A stretch of DNA of 64,000 nt, taken from Mobula birostris (taxonomy: Eukaryota). Shown in pieces: positions 62,088 through 64,000 of the stretch; the stretch's first letter is position 1; every line of letters starts with the position of its first letter. The DNA lies in assembly GCF_030028105.1 (NCBI RefSeq), contig NC_092379.1, positions 28,389,821-28,453,820 on the forward strand. Reading direction: 5' to 3'. The notes under the pieces were generated by a model. The model was not told where the DNA came from, ran no database searches, and was given only the letters and a program-made list of their open reading frames with translations. Both the position numbers and the translations under genes were made by a program.

Positions 62088-64000
62088 TGATCATGATGGA
62101 TCGGTTACCGGATTCGGATATCGCACAGATGCGGAGTGAAAGACACTGAAGACAGTCGGTAATTTGCAGACTTTAATGCGACAAAACGTAAGAGGAAATA
62201 TAAAAAAAAGTAAACGCTCGGCCGAACAGGGCTGTTAACTACAATTCTCAAAACGGAAAGTGAAGCCTATACTGCGGCAGAAAATAACACCTAAACATTG
62301 AACGAATACCGCTAGTCTTCAGAGTCAGTTGACTCGAAAGTCCAATTTCCCAGAGACGGCCGAATGCAAACAAACAGCAAAGTGCTGTTGTGCCCTGTCC
62401 CACTCTCGACAGGCACTACGACGACAAGCATGGAGTGAAATACCATCACGATTAAATAATAATTAGCTGATACATGTATATTCACAAGAGCAATTGCTGC
62501 ATCTACCGCGCTGCCGAATTCGTTGTTGTGACAGGGCACCCTTCTCGAGGTGCAGCTTCTGAGGCGGCACAGGCCTGTGTCCGCTGGAAGTCATGAATCA
62601 GCGACCTGTCAAACATGTCCTTCGCCTGAATCTAAGTACCTTCTTCTGGGCTATACCCTTCCCAGTCCATAAGGTACTGGACCTTCCGCTGTACCCCAAA
62701 GATGCCAGGAGGTGCTGCGAGGTATAGAGAAGAGAGCCATCTACCAGGCGGGAAGGAGTGGAAGGTGGTGTGACTGGGACAAGGGGACAGCTAGTAACCG
62801 GTTTGTGCTGGGAAACATGGAAAACTCGGTGGTCTTCAGTGATGCTAGTAGATGCAATCTATAGGAAACCTTGTTGACAGCCTTTTCCACTACAAACGGT
62901 CGCACGTTTGATGGCAAACATGCCCCCTTACCTGGCTTGGATGGCCTTACCTGTCGACGGAGCTGATCGGCGAGCCGGGAATGCTGTTTTTGCGCGCGCA
63001 GCAGAGAAGTCCTGGTTTGTCTCCAGGTGCGCTTGCAGCGCTGGATTAGCCTGTTCATAAGCAGGAACAACTACGTGGGGTTGGAAGATCCAAGATAGCG
63101 CAAGGTTGTCTCCAACTACTGGTTTACTCTCTTAGTGTGGCCATTAGATTGAAGCTGGCAGTGGCTCCTACAACAGAGCAGAAATCCTTCCAAAAGCTTG
63201 AAGTGAACTGTTGTACACGATCGGACACTAGGCCTTGAGGAAAGCCAGGGAGCCCGAACACATGTTGAACCGTGAGTGTGCCAGTCTCATGAGCCGATTG
63301 GAGCTGGGCGAGAGCAATGAAGTGGATAAACTTGGAACTCCGATCCACGACGACCAAAACACAAATGGCAGTGCTTCCATTAAACTGGAGCAGACTAGTG
63401 ATGAAATCTACCGAGAGGTGTGACTGGGGCTGTGGGGCACAGGCACTGGACAAAACAGTCCGGCAGGACGCTGGCGTGATGTCTTTTTCCGAGCGCAAGT
63501 GGAACAGGCAGATACAAAGTCGTGTACATCCTGGTACAGAGATAGCGACCAAAATTGTCTCTTTAAAAAATCCTGAGTCCGTTGAATTCCAGGATGACCA
63601 GTCAGATGGGAGGAATGACCCCATTCCAACACTTTGGAACGCACCGCAGCAGTGACAAACAGCCGGTTGGGAGGGCCCCCATCAGACACTCGATCTGATT
63701 GTTGGGCGGCCCAAATATCTGCCTCTATTTGCTTGATCACCGGAGCAGCGATACACGAGCGAGGAAGTTTTGGCTCTTTTCAGATCGGTCGAATTGACGG
63801 GAGAGACCGTCCGTCTTTGTATTCTTGTTGCCGAGAGGGAAAGTGAGGATGAAATTGAACCCTGTGAAGAAGAGAGCCCACCGGGATTGACAAGAGTTGA
63901 GTTTCTTAGCATCCCGAATGTAAGAGAGGTTCTTGTAATCTGTCCAGACCAAGAATGGATGCTATGAACCGTCAGTCAGTGGCACCATTCCTTCAGAGCG
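62088..64000 (-). mobile_element. Degenerate chromovirus-type Gypsy element: RNase H, integrase, chromodomain, PPT and 3' LTR (~62088-62533); runs off the window edge
   Basis: [11 protein letters not shown]...SRWALFF (RNase H); GHSSHLTGHPG...CSTC (HHCC); SVDFIT...VVVDRSSK...LVSDR (rve); VQYLMDWEGYSPEEG (chromodomain); gagaagggtgccc followed by TGTCA. Confidence 0.9.

Overview
This is vertebrate genomic DNA. The CR1 and Penelope-type repeat families suggest a cartilaginous fish, probably a ray (inference). It holds part of a T-cell receptor alpha/delta variable-gene region. From about 1 to 46.7 kb there is a tandem array of 8-11 kb units carrying five intact, closely related TRAV/TRDV-type V segments on the + strand. 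Each has a 46-nt leader exon, a phase-1 GT-AG intron, a 302-nt V exon ending YLCAMS, and an RSS of CACGGTG, a 22-nt spacer and an ACAAAAACC-like nonamer. Most units share fossil insertions: a retroposon-like repeat, a Gypsy solo LTR with a CATTC target-site duplication (TSD), a tRNA-derived SINE and a CR1 3' fragment. Shared insertions and deletions reveal a two-gene higher-order duplication, and the last unit keeps the empty pre-insertion sites. From about 46.8 to 64 kb the sequence is TE-rich (CR1, Penelope, Gypsy/chromovirus remnants, a 132-nt N gap) and contains an inverted, divergent V relic. The highlights are: (1) a CTCF-like motif at a fixed distance 3' of the RSSs; (2) a two-LTR mini-retroelement retaining a Tf1/sushi-type self-priming site and a polypurine tract; (3) a Penelope-bracketed cassette with a 13-bp TSD that has captured local locus sequence. 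No D, J or C segments were seen. All calls were made by eye, with no database searches.
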